Source: Abditibacteriaceae bacterium (GTDB taxonomy: Bacteria > Armatimonadota > Abditibacteriia > Abditibacteriales > Abditibacteriaceae). From it: a stretch of 29,232 bases of DNA. Positions 8,303 through 16,609 of the stretch are shown here, in pieces. A model generated the notes under the pieces. The model did no database searches. It was not told the DNA's origin and saw nothing but the letters and a program-made list of their open reading frames with translations. The stretch spans positions 1 to 29,232 of the forward strand of contig JANMKN010000124.1 of assembly GCA_031372065.1 (NCBI GenBank), written 5' to 3'. Numbering within the stretch: the stretch's first letter is position 1; every line of letters begins with the position of its first letter. A program made the position numbers and the translations under genes.

Positions 8303-10516
8303 ATGCGTCCCTTTTCTGGTTTCCGTTTTGTTTTGCTTTTTCTGGCCTCTTCGCTCATGGCAACCACCAGCCATGCGGCTTCTTTGTATGTGGCGACAAC
8401 CGGCGCCGATGCCAATCCCGGCACGTTAGCGCTGCCGTGGCGGCATATTCAAAAAGCGTGCAATAGCGCCGCGCCCGGCGATACGGTTTTTGTGCGCGGC
8501 GGCGTTTATAACGAGCGTGTGAACGTCAATGTTTCGGGCGCGGCGGGCAGTTTTATCACCATTCAAAACTATCTCGGTGAGGCGCCGATTGTGGATGGCA
8601 CCGGTTTGGTGGCGCCTTCGTTTGAAAGCGCCTTGTTTTACATCGAAAACCATTCTTACCTCATCATCAAAGGCTTTGAACTGCGTAATTACACCACGGC
8701 CAAAAGTGCCGCTGTGCCAGCGGGCATTTATTTGACTGGCGCCACGCATCACATAGAATTGCGCAACAACCGCATTCATAACATCGAAAACACTTACAAC
8801 GGTGTGGCAGCCAATGCGCTGGGCATCGGCGTTTATGGCACTTTGTCAGCACAATCCATCAATAACATCATTATAAATGGCAACGAACTTTATAATTTAA
8901 AAACTGGCTCCAGCGAAAGCTGTGTGCTTAACGGCAACGTCGAGCAGTTTGAAGTCACCTACAATCAAGTGCATGATAACAACAATATCGGCATAGATTT
9001 CATCGGCTTCGAGGGCACCTGCGCTAATAGCACGCTGGATAAAGCGCGCAATGGCGTGTGTCGGGGCAACAAAGTTTGGAACATTGATACCACCGGCAAT
9101 CCGGCTTATCGTAATGGCACAAAATACGATCCCAGCGCGGGCGGCATTTATGTGGACGGCGGCGCGGCGGTTCTTGTCGAGCGCAACGAAGTTTTTGGTT
9201 GCGATATTGGAATCGAAGTCGCCAGCGAACACGCTTCGCGCTTTGCCGATACCATCACAGTGCGCAATAACATCGTTTACAATTGCCTGACCGAAGGCCT
9301 CTCCGTGGGTGGCTACGATACAACGGTGGGCTATGCGCGCAATTGCGTTTTTACCAACAACACGCTTTACCAAAACGATACGTCGAACTCAGGCAGCGGC
9401 GAACTCCTTTTGCAATTCAAAGTCACCAATTGCACCTTTAAGAACAACATTTTCGTGGCGGGCGCGCAAAATTATTTAATCATCAACCCGTTCACGCAAA
9501 ATAGCGGCAACGTTTTCGATTACAACGTTTTCTACGCGCCGGGCGGCGCTGCGAGCAGCGCATGGCAGTGGAAAAACGTCGCCAAAACAGGCTTTACCGC
9601 CTATCGAAACTTTTCGGGCAACGATGCCCATTCGCTTTTTGCCGACCCGCAATTCGTCAACGCCGCCTTGCCCGATTTTCATTTAAAATCCACCTCACCC
9701 GCGCTCAATGCGGGCGACCCCGCGTTTGCAGCGGGTGCTGGTGAAACTGATTTCGGCGGCAATCCGCGTCTGGTTGGTGGCCGCGTTGAGGCAGGCGCGT
9801 TCGAATATAATCCGCCCTCCACTCAAATTTCGATTAACGATGTGACAGTAACCGAAGGCAATAGCGGAAGCGCCACCGCGAGTTTTACGGTTTCGCTTAA
9901 CGCGCCCGCCGCGCAAACCGTAAGCGTGAATTATGCAACGGCTAATGGCAGCGCGACGGCGGGCAGTGATTATCTCGCTGCCAACGGCACGCTTGCTTTT
10001 GCGCCGGGCGAAACCAGCAAAACCGTAAAAGTCAGCATCAACGGCGATTTATTGAACGAAGCCAACGAAGTTTTTTCTGTGCAACTGTCCAACGAGGTCA
10101 ATGCCACTCTGACGCGCGCACGCGGCACCGCTACCATTCTCAACGATGACCGCGCGCCAGCCTTCACTATCAGCGATGTCAGCGTCGCCGAAGGCAACCC
10201 GCCCTCTAACGGGACACCCGGCACCACAAATCTCACTTTCCAAATCACTTTATCTGCCGCCAGCGGCCAAACGATCACGGTGAACTACGCCACCGCCGAT
10301 GGAATTGCCCGTTCTACCAGCGATTATGTCGCTAAAAGCGGCACTTTGACATATTTGCCCGGCCAAACCACCAAAACCATTACAGTGCTTATCAACAGCG
10401 ACACAACATTTGAAGGCGATGAAACGCTTTATATGTTGCTCACAAATTCAGTCAACGCCAGCATCGGCAAAGCGCGCGGCATCGGCACCATTCTCAACGA
10501 CGACGCTTCGATTTGA
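8303..10516 (+). CDS. Secreted right-handed parallel beta-helix protein (DUF1565-like start, choice-of-anchor-Q-like segment) with two Calx-beta domains
   Basis: Signal peptide; YVATTGADANPGT..PWRHIQKA..PGDTVFVRGGVY; pectin-lyase-like N-rich repeats; DPQF..DFHL..SPA..AG..D..G.PR..GAFE; two Calx-beta units from about 9824. Confidence 0.87.
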   Translation: MRPFSGFRFVLLFLASSLMATTSHAASLYVATTGADANPGTLALPWRHIQKACNSAAPGDTVFVRGGVYNERVNVNVSGAAGSFITIQNYLGEAPIVDGTGLVAPSFESALFYIENHSYLIIKGFELRNYTTAKSAAVPAGIYLTGATHHIELRNNRIHNIENTYNGVAANALGIGVYGTLSAQSINNIIINGNELYNLKTGSSESCVLNGNVEQFEVTYNQVHDNNNIGIDFIGFEGTCANSTLDKARNGVCRGNKVWNIDTTGNPAYRNGTKYDPSAGGIYVDGGAAVLVERNEVFGCDIGIEVASEHASRFADTITVRNNIVYNCLTEGLSVGGYDTTVGYARNCVFTNNTLYQNDTSNSGSGELLLQFKVTNCTFKNNIFVAGAQNYLIINPFTQNSGNVFDYNVFYAPGGAASSAWQWKNVAKTGFTAYRNFSGNDAHSLFADPQFVNAALPDFHLKSTSPALNAGDPAFAAGAGETDFGGNPRLVGGRVEAGAFEYNPPSTQISINDVTVTEGNSGSATASFTVSLNAPAAQTVSVNYATANGSATAGSDYLAANGTLAFAPGETSKTVKVSINGDLLNEANEVFSVQLSNEVNATLTRARGTATILNDDRAPAFTISDVSVAEGNPPSNGTPGTTNLTFQITLSAASGQTITVNYATADGIARSTSDYVAKSGTLTYLPGQTTKTITVLINSDTTFEGDETLYMLLTNSVNASIGKARGIGTILNDDASI

Positions 10517-10537
10517 AGCATCAGATAAGCAAAAACC

Positions 10538-11164
10538 TCATTTCACCTCAAAAGTCGCCTTACCATTGGCGGGCGGCTCATTCGTTACTTGGTCAGGATG
10601 CAGCCATTTAACGTGTCCGTCAAGAAACGCGTAATTCGCGCCACCTAAATGGCGCTTTAGAGGCGATTTTTCGTCGTTTATCCATGCAGCGGGTAACTTA
10701 TTCAGATTATAGCGCGCATCGGTTAAATCTTTTCCGTCATTGCCATCACCAAAAGCGAGGGTAATGGTGGCTTGCCCGGTATTACTTTTTCCCCAATCCA
10801 AACCTGACAAATTGGAGTTGAACCAGTCATCTGTATAGCCGGTGGCCGTTGCCACATTTCCACCGCGCGTTTTTTCAGCAAAACACTGAAAGATTTGCAA
10901 AGTTCGGGCATAGGGATGTAAGGCGTCAGCCCAGCCATAGGCAGTTTTCGCCGTTGGGATTTTCGCGCTTGCAACGCGCGGCAAATGTTCATCGAAATCT
11001 TGATTATATTGCAACATTGCAACCCCAATTTGCTTTAAGTTGTTGGGGCAATTTGCTCTAACACTTTCGCGGGGGCGAGTTACAATTGGAATTACCAACG
11101 CCGCACCAATGCCCACCACCGCGACTACAACCAACATATCAATCAGCGAAAAACCTTTTTTCAT
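10538..11164 (-). CDS. DUF1559 family prepilin-type N-terminal cleavage protein with H-X9-DG motif
   Basis: KKG|FSLIDMLVVVAVV; CPNNLKQIGVAMLQYNQDFDE; C-terminal RHLGGANYAFLDGHVKW; GAGG SD upstream. Confidence 0.9.
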   Translation of the reverse strand: MKKGFSLIDMLVVVAVVGIGAALVIPIVTRPRESVRANCPNNLKQIGVAMLQYNQDFDEHLPRVASAKIPTAKTAYGWADALHPYARTLQIFQCFAEKTRGGNVATATGYTDDWFNSNLSGLDWGKSNTGQATITLAFGDGNDGKDLTDARYNLNKLPAAWINDEKSPLKRHLGGANYAFLDGHVKWLHPDQVTNEPPANGKATFEVK

Positions 11165-11320
11165 AGCGGCACCTCGTTATTCATTGTATATCTTTTCCCA
11201 ATTGACCGAAGTTCAAACACAGTTTTCACCACACGCCACGACGACAAAGCGGCGCCGCCGTAAACCTTTGAAGAGTCGCGTGTGTCGAAAGGTTCGCTCT
11301 TAAAAACCGAGGCGGAGCGT

Positions 11321-11656
11321 CCCATAATTGACTCGAAGTCGTCAAAAGTCGGCGCCAAACAGTCAAAAGTTGAGTGTAAGCGCCCAATTTTTGAGTGTAA
11401 GCAGACAAAAGTTGGGTGTAAGCATTCAATAATTGAGTGCACGCAGGCAAAAATTGACAGTAAGAGAGCAAAAGTTGACTGTCAGTCTCTAAAAATTGGT
11501 TGTCAGCAGACAAAAATTGACTGTCAGTCTCCAAAAATTGAATGCAAGCAGACAAAAATCGGTTGTAAGTCTTCAAAAATTGACTGTAAGTAGGCAAAAA
11601 TTGGCTGTCACCGGACGAAATTTGAGTGTCAGACTGCAAAAATATCATGCGAGAAA
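11321..11656. repeat. Tandem array of about 15-16 degenerate 21-bp units (consensus NCAAAAATTGACTGTAAGCAG)
   Basis: Units start every 21 nt from 11321 to 11636 with no indels; the last, most degenerate unit overlaps ATG 11647. Confidence 0.95.
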
Positions 11657-12645
11657 TTTATTATTCGTGGGCGCTGCGTGAAGCGATGGCCGAAGAAATG
11701 GAGCGCGACGAGAGCGTTTTCATTTTGGTCGAGCACATTGCCGAATATGGCGGCGCTTTCAAAGTGACGCAGGGCCTTGTCGAAAAATTTGGCCGCGAAC
11801 GTGTGCGCAACACGCCGATTTCCGAAAATACCATCTGCGGCGTTGGCGTTGGTGCGGCGATTACTGGAATGAGGCCCGTTGTGGACATCATGTTTCAGGA
11901 TTTCATCACCTTGGCGATGGATCAAATTGTCAATCACGCCGCGAAGTTTCATTATATGTATGGCAACCAATGCACGGTTCCGGTGGTTTTTCGCACTCCG
12001 GCGGGCGGCGGGCGCTGTTATGGGCCGACGCATTCGCAAAGTTTGGAAGCGTGGTTTATGCACGTTCCCGGTATCAAAGTTGTCGCTCCGTCCAACGCTT
12101 ACGATGCCAAAGGCTTGCTCAAATCGGCAATCCGCGACGATAATCCGGTCTTTTTTATCGAAAGCAAATTGCTTTACGGCATCAAAGGCGAAGTGCCTGA
12201 ATTTGGCGAGCCGGGCGGCGATTATACCGTGCCGATTGGCGAAGCGAAACTCACGCGCCAAGGCGAAAATTTAACGCTGATCGCGTATTCGCGCATGACC
12301 GTCGAAGCCGAAAAAGCCGCCGACGCTTTGGCACAAAACGGCATCACTTGCGACGTGGTAGATTTGCGCACGCTTGCGCCGCTCGACATGGATACCGTCG
12401 CGGCCAGCGTCGAAAAAACCGGACGCGCCATTATCGTCGCCGAAGATTGCAAAACAGCGGGCGTCAGCGCCGAAGTGATGGCGCGCGTCATGGAAGAATG
12501 CTTCGACTTTTTGCAGGCGCCCGTTCGCCGCGTCGCCGCTGCCGATACGCCTTTGCCCTGCGCCGATGTTCTCGAACGCGCCGCTTTGCCCGACGCCCAA
12601 AAAATCATTGATGCCGCTGTGACTTTGCTACAGGATTATTCCTAA
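11647..12645 (+). CDS. 2-oxoacid/acetoin dehydrogenase E1 beta subunit (PdhB/AcoB-like)
   Basis: NTPISE (catalytic Glu), RPVVDIMFQDF, HSQS, DAKGLLKSAIRDDNPV, DLRTLAPLD. ATG 11647 is preferred over the upstream alternative start at 11626, which lies inside the repeat. Confidence 0.93.
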   Translation: MREIYYSWALREAMAEEMERDESVFILVEHIAEYGGAFKVTQGLVEKFGRERVRNTPISENTICGVGVGAAITGMRPVVDIMFQDFITLAMDQIVNHAAKFHYMYGNQCTVPVVFRTPAGGGRCYGPTHSQSLEAWFMHVPGIKVVAPSNAYDAKGLLKSAIRDDNPVFFIESKLLYGIKGEVPEFGEPGGDYTVPIGEAKLTRQGENLTLIAYSRMTVEAEKAADALAQNGITCDVVDLRTLAPLDMDTVAASVEKTGRAIIVAEDCKTAGVSAEVMARVMEECFDFLQAPVRRVAAADTPLPCADVLERAALPDAQKIIDAAVTLLQDYS

Positions 12646-12648
12646 GTC

Positions 12649-12708
12649 GGCAGGAGGCAGGTTAGAAGCGCCTGTTTCCCGCCTTCGGCCTCCCGTTCTC
12701 TGCCTCCT
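12649..12708. repeat. Inverted heptamer array (GGCAGGN x2, then degenerate CCTGCCT-like units x5)
   Basis: ggcagga ggcaggt ... cctgttt cccgcct tcggcct cccgttc tctgcct in the spacer between the E1-beta gene and nnr. Confidence 0.6.
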
Positions 12709-14289
12709 ATGAAAATCTTCACCGCCGAACAAATGCGCGCTTTTGACAAAGCGGCAAGCGAGCAATTCCTGATTCCTTCGATTGTTTTGATGGAAAACGC
12801 CGCGCTTCGCGTGGTGGAATTTCTTGAACAGCAATTCGCGCCACTTTCCGGCAAAAAAATCTTGGTGTTGTGCGGCAAGGGCAACAACGGCGGCGATGGA
12901 TTCGCCATCGCCCGGCATTTGCAAAAGGCGAAACATCTCACGGTTTTTATGACGTGCGCGCCGGGCGATCTCAAAGGCGATGCGCTGATTAATTTCAAGA
13001 TTCTGCGCGCGAGCGGCGCGGCTATTGCGCACGCCGGAACACGCAGCGGCGACTTACGCTGGGACACCTTTGATGTGATTATAGACGCGCTGCTTGGCAC
13101 CGGCTTCAAGTGCGAAATTCGCGGCGAAGAATTGAAACACACGCTCGAAATGGCGGCCCTCGCGCCCGCGCCCGTCGTCGCGGTAGATTTACCATCGGGT
13201 TTGAATTCCGATACCGGCGAAGCCGCAAAAGAAGCGCTCCCAGCCGATTTCACCGTCACTTTGGTGGCACCCAAACGCGGTTTGTTTGTGCAACAAGGCT
13301 TGGATTTGTGCGGCGAAATCTGGGTCGGAGGCATCGGCACGCCGCAACGCGTGATGGAAGCCGCCGAAACCGGCCTCGAAGTTTTAAATCAATCAGTCGC
13401 GCGCCAATTGGCGGCGAAATTAAAGCGCCCGTTGGACGCCCATAAAGGCGATGCCGGACGCGTTTTAATTTTGGGCGGCAGCCTCGGATTAAGCGGCGCG
13501 CCTGCCATGAGCGCACACGCCGCTTTGCGCGCTGGGGCCGGGCTTGTCACTACCGCTTTGCCCAATCGCGTGGTGCCGATTTTCGCGGGCGCGCAAAACG
13601 AAGCAATGTCGCGCCCGCTCTTGGATGATGCCCAAGGCCGCCTTGTCGAAGCCTCATTCGAAGACGTGCCGCGCCTGTGGGAAAACATGGACGCCGTGGC
13701 GCTGGGGCCGGGCCTTTCGCGCAGCAGCGGCGCCCTCGAATTTGCGCGGCGCGTGGTTTGCGAATGTCCCGCGCCGCTCATCGTAGATGCCGACGCGCTT
13801 TACGCCTTGCGCCCGATCCTAAGGCAAATCAAAGCGCGCACAGCGCCAACGATTCTCACGCCGCATCCCGGCGAAATGGGTGAACTGATGCAAATTGAAA
13901 TTGCCGAAGTGCAAAAGACGCGATTGGAAACCGCTAAAGCCTGCGCCGAAAAATTCGGGGCGTTTGTCGTTCTCAAAGGCGCGCGTTCGGTTGTCGCAGC
14001 GCCAGACGGCAAGTTGTGGGTAAATTTAACCGGCAATCCCGGCATGGCAACCGGCGGCAGCGGAGATGTTTTAACCGGCATCATCGCCGGACTTTTGGCC
14101 CAACTCAAAGATGCCCAAAGCGCGACACTGCTCGGCGTTTACGCGCACGGATTGGCGGGCGATTTGGCTTATCAAAGCAAAGATAACGGCCTTATCGCAG
14201 GCGATATTGCGCATCATTTGCCTGCCGCGTTAAAGCAATTTAAAAATGGCGTTGCGCCATCGAATGCGCGCTTGCAAAAATTAATTTAA
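12709..14289 (+). CDS. nnr: Bifunctional NAD(P)H-hydrate epimerase/dehydratase (YjeF)
   Basis: LMENA, GKGNNGGDG, DALLGTG, VDLPSG, HKG, GPG, DADAL, TPHPGEM, GGSGDVL. Confidence 0.95.
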   Translation: MKIFTAEQMRAFDKAASEQFLIPSIVLMENAALRVVEFLEQQFAPLSGKKILVLCGKGNNGGDGFAIARHLQKAKHLTVFMTCAPGDLKGDALINFKILRASGAAIAHAGTRSGDLRWDTFDVIIDALLGTGFKCEIRGEELKHTLEMAALAPAPVVAVDLPSGLNSDTGEAAKEALPADFTVTLVAPKRGLFVQQGLDLCGEIWVGGIGTPQRVMEAAETGLEVLNQSVARQLAAKLKRPLDAHKGDAGRVLILGGSLGLSGAPAMSAHAALRAGAGLVTTALPNRVVPIFAGAQNEAMSRPLLDDAQGRLVEASFEDVPRLWENMDAVALGPGLSRSSGALEFARRVVCECPAPLIVDADALYALRPILRQIKARTAPTILTPHPGEMGELMQIEIAEVQKTRLETAKACAEKFGAFVVLKGARSVVAAPDGKLWVNLTGNPGMATGGSGDVLTGIIAGLLAQLKDAQSATLLGVYAHGLAGDLAYQSKDNGLIAGDIAHHLPAALKQFKNGVAPSNARLQKLI

Positions 14290-14363
14290 TCTCCCGCCCA
14301 GGCGCGAAGACAGAAATTAAGAAAGCTCCAACTTTCTGATGGTAATTCGCATAAAAGATAGCC

Positions 14364-15116
14364 ATGAACGCTTACGAAAAATATCTCTTTGATTTGCAAG
14401 GTTTTTTGCTCGTTGAAAACGCGCTGGATGTCTTTCAAATCGCGCATTTGAACGAACTTGTGGACGAGCGCATGGAGGAATTTCCCGACGCGCCCAACAA
14501 ACGCTTTGGCAAAATTTTGACGTGGGGCAAAAGCGTTTTCGAGGTGCTGGATAATCCGCAAATCATGCCGCATTTGCAGAAAATTATCAGCCCGCGCTTG
14601 CGGCTCGATCACGATTATTTGGATGTCATTCGCGGCGATGGAACGCTCAGACTTGGCCCAATTGGAGCCGGTTTGCATGGCGGCAGTTTTCCGTTCGACC
14701 CGTCCCAGTATTTTCATTTTCGGGACGGGCGTTTTCACAACGGTCTAACGGTTGTCGCTTATAATTTGTGCGACATTCAACCCGGCGAGGGTGGCTTCGC
14801 GTGCGTGCCGGGTAGTCATAAAAGCAACTTTTCGTATCCCAATGAATGGCGCGATTTGATGCAAAACGAAAATCAACCGTTCGTGCGTTCGGTTTATGGC
14901 CCGGCGGGTTCGGCGATTATTTTTACTGAAGCACTGACGCATGGCACCTTGCCATGGCGCGGCCAGAATGACCGGCGCACACTGTTTTTAAAATACTCGC
15001 CCCATCCGCTTTCGTGGTCGAAAAGTTATTACAGCGCCGCCGATTATGAAGAACTTTATGGGGAACTCAACGAAGCGCAACGCACGCTTTTGTTGCCGCC
15101 CAGCGCGAGGAATTAA
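14364..15116 (+). CDS. Phytanoyl-CoA dioxygenase (PhyH)-like Fe(II)/2-oxoglutarate enzyme
   Basis: FDLQGFLLVENAL start, GGFACVPGSHK, AGSAIIF..ALTHG, RRT; the first His lies in LHGG. Confidence 0.85.
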   Translation: MNAYEKYLFDLQGFLLVENALDVFQIAHLNELVDERMEEFPDAPNKRFGKILTWGKSVFEVLDNPQIMPHLQKIISPRLRLDHDYLDVIRGDGTLRLGPIGAGLHGGSFPFDPSQYFHFRDGRFHNGLTVVAYNLCDIQPGEGGFACVPGSHKSNFSYPNEWRDLMQNENQPFVRSVYGPAGSAIIFTEALTHGTLPWRGQNDRRTLFLKYSPHPLSWSKSYYSAADYEELYGELNEAQRTLLLPPSARN

Positions 15117-15151
15117 GCCACAAAAGCCAAAACGTTATTTCAGCTTGCTGC

Positions 15152-16156
15152 TCACTCTTTATCTATTTGCGGCGCGAACACGTTGAGTGCGTTGGGGATG
15201 ATTTTAATTTCGACAGGCGTGGTGGCCCAAGCATCACCATCAAGTTGCACGGGGATCGGTGGATCACTTGAAACGGTCACGCCCGCCGATTGCCAGTATT
15301 GTGCGATGCCGCGTTCGATGTGTTGGCCCATTAAAATCTGCATCGCTTGTTGCACAGAAATAAATTTATTTTCAAACGGCATCAGGCAAATATCCAACAA
15401 ACCGTCGTCAAGTTCGGCGTGTTTGGTGACTTTGATATCCCATGCATAGCTGGCCGCATTGCCAATCATCACCAACCACGATTCATTGGCATAAAGGCGT
15501 CCATCGGCGAAGCGCAAGGTCACCTGCGTGCCTTGATGCAAAACCACATTTTGCAAAGAACGCAACGCATAAGCATAATCCCGCAACACGAATTTCAAGC
15601 GCAAACTCGTATCTTCGATAACTTTGGCATCATAGCCGATGCCAGCCATCAAAAGAAAATACTGCGATTGAAGTTGACTGCGTGACGAGTGAGCATTAAC
15701 GGTCTTGCGCGGCTCCATTGCGGCATCGGGGGGCAACTGCGTCGCCAAACCTACATCAATATTGCGAATATATCCGGCGCGTATGATCCGACAGGCTCCG
15801 CGCCATTCGCGCGGGATGCCCATATTGTAAGCAAAGACATTGCCGGTGCCGATGGGCAAAACACCAAAAGTCACATCATCAAGCTCAGTTTCCTGCTCTT
15901 GACGCCATTGCATCAGGCCATTGACGACGCCGTTGACCGTGCCATCACCACCCGCTGCGACGATATTGGTAATGCCGGAATCAAGGGCTTTTATCGCCAG
16001 TTCGGAAACTTCTTCGGCATTATGGCTTCGCCAAACTTCGACGTGAAAATCCGAGCGTTCCAAATCATTCTGCGCCGCCGTTATCAGGCGCTCACGCCCC
16101 CCTCGGCCCGCTGCCACGCCCGCCGTCGGATTGGCTATAATGGCCAGACGTTCCAT
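15152..16156 (-). CDS. Diacylglycerol kinase family lipid kinase (YegS/DagK/BmrU-like)
   Basis: IANPTAG, GGDGT, PIGTGN, GIGYDA, DDGLLD, QLDGD. Confidence 0.93.
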   Translation of the reverse strand: MERLAIIANPTAGVAAGRGGRERLITAAQNDLERSDFHVEVWRSHNAEEVSELAIKALDSGITNIVAAGGDGTVNGVVNGLMQWRQEQETELDDVTFGVLPIGTGNVFAYNMGIPREWRGACRIIRAGYIRNIDVGLATQLPPDAAMEPRKTVNAHSSRSQLQSQYFLLMAGIGYDAKVIEDTSLRLKFVLRDYAYALRSLQNVVLHQGTQVTLRFADGRLYANESWLVMIGNAASYAWDIKVTKHAELDDGLLDICLMPFENKFISVQQAMQILMGQHIERGIAQYWQSAGVTVSSDPPIPVQLDGDAWATTPVEIKIIPNALNVFAPQIDKE

Positions 16157-16157
16157 A

Positions 16158-16225
16158 GTGAGGAGTGCAAATTGCAGAATGCCGAGTGCGGAATCATTTC
16201 ACACTCCGCGATTCGCATTTCACGT
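16158..16225. repeat. Inverted heptamer array (RTGCRGA-like x5 / complementary x4)
   Basis: gtgagga gtgcaaa ttgcaga atgccga gtgcgga ... ttcacac tccgcga ttcgcat ttcacgt between spoVS and the kinase gene. Confidence 0.65.
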
Positions 16226-16232
16226 TTGTCCG

Positions 16233-16502
16233 TCATCCTTTATCTCGCGTCTGCACCAATAAGCGAATGGCGGTGCGTTCGGCGCCATCAATTTGGATGT
16301 CGGAAAACGAAGGCACACAAATCAAATCAACGCCTGATGGCGCCAAAAAGCCGCGCGCGATAGCAATCGCTTTGATCGCCTGATTGAGGGCACCCGCCCC
16401 GACCGTTTGAACTTCAACGACGCCTTTTTCGCGGATGACGCCTGCCACGGCCCCGGCTACAGTGTTTGGTTTGCTTTTGGCCGACACACGCAAGGTTTCC
16501 AT
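16233..16502 (-). CDS. spoVS: Stage V sporulation protein S family protein
   Basis: LRVSAKSKPNTVAGAVAG..GAGALNQAIKAIAIARGF..P.F; 89 aa. Confidence 0.95.
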   Translation of the reverse strand: METLRVSAKSKPNTVAGAVAGVIREKGVVEVQTVGAGALNQAIKAIAIARGFLAPSGVDLICVPSFSDIQIDGAERTAIRLLVQTRDKG

Positions 16503-16523
16503 TAATTTCCCTTCGGGATTCTC

Positions 16524-16603
16524 AGTTCAAAGTTCCAAGTTTAAAGTTCAAGGTTCAATACCTCAACTTTGAACTGAGAACTTTGAATCTTGAACTTTAA
16601 ATT
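16524..16603. repeat. Inverted heptamer array (AGTTCAA x5 / TTGAACT x5)
   Basis: agttcaa agttcca agtttaa agttcaa ggttcaa (16524-16558), then ttgaact gagaact ttgaatc ttgaact ttaaatt (16569-16603). Confidence 0.9.
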
Positions 16604-16609
16604 TTGAGA

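Noticed and set aside
8143..10480. Diversity-generating retroelement TR/VR pair from the near-identical 3' ends
   Set aside because: Differences are not adenine-specific, both copies are coding, and no reverse transcriptase is present.
11321..11656. CRISPR array interpretation of the 21-bp arrays (also 4258-4404)
   Set aside because: Units are contiguous with no unique spacers, are degenerate throughout, and no cas genes are present.
11884..11886. Loss of the E1-beta catalytic glutamate (RPVVD instead of RPxxE)
   Set aside because: The ThDP-activating Glu is the one in TPISE, which is intact; this change is conservative.
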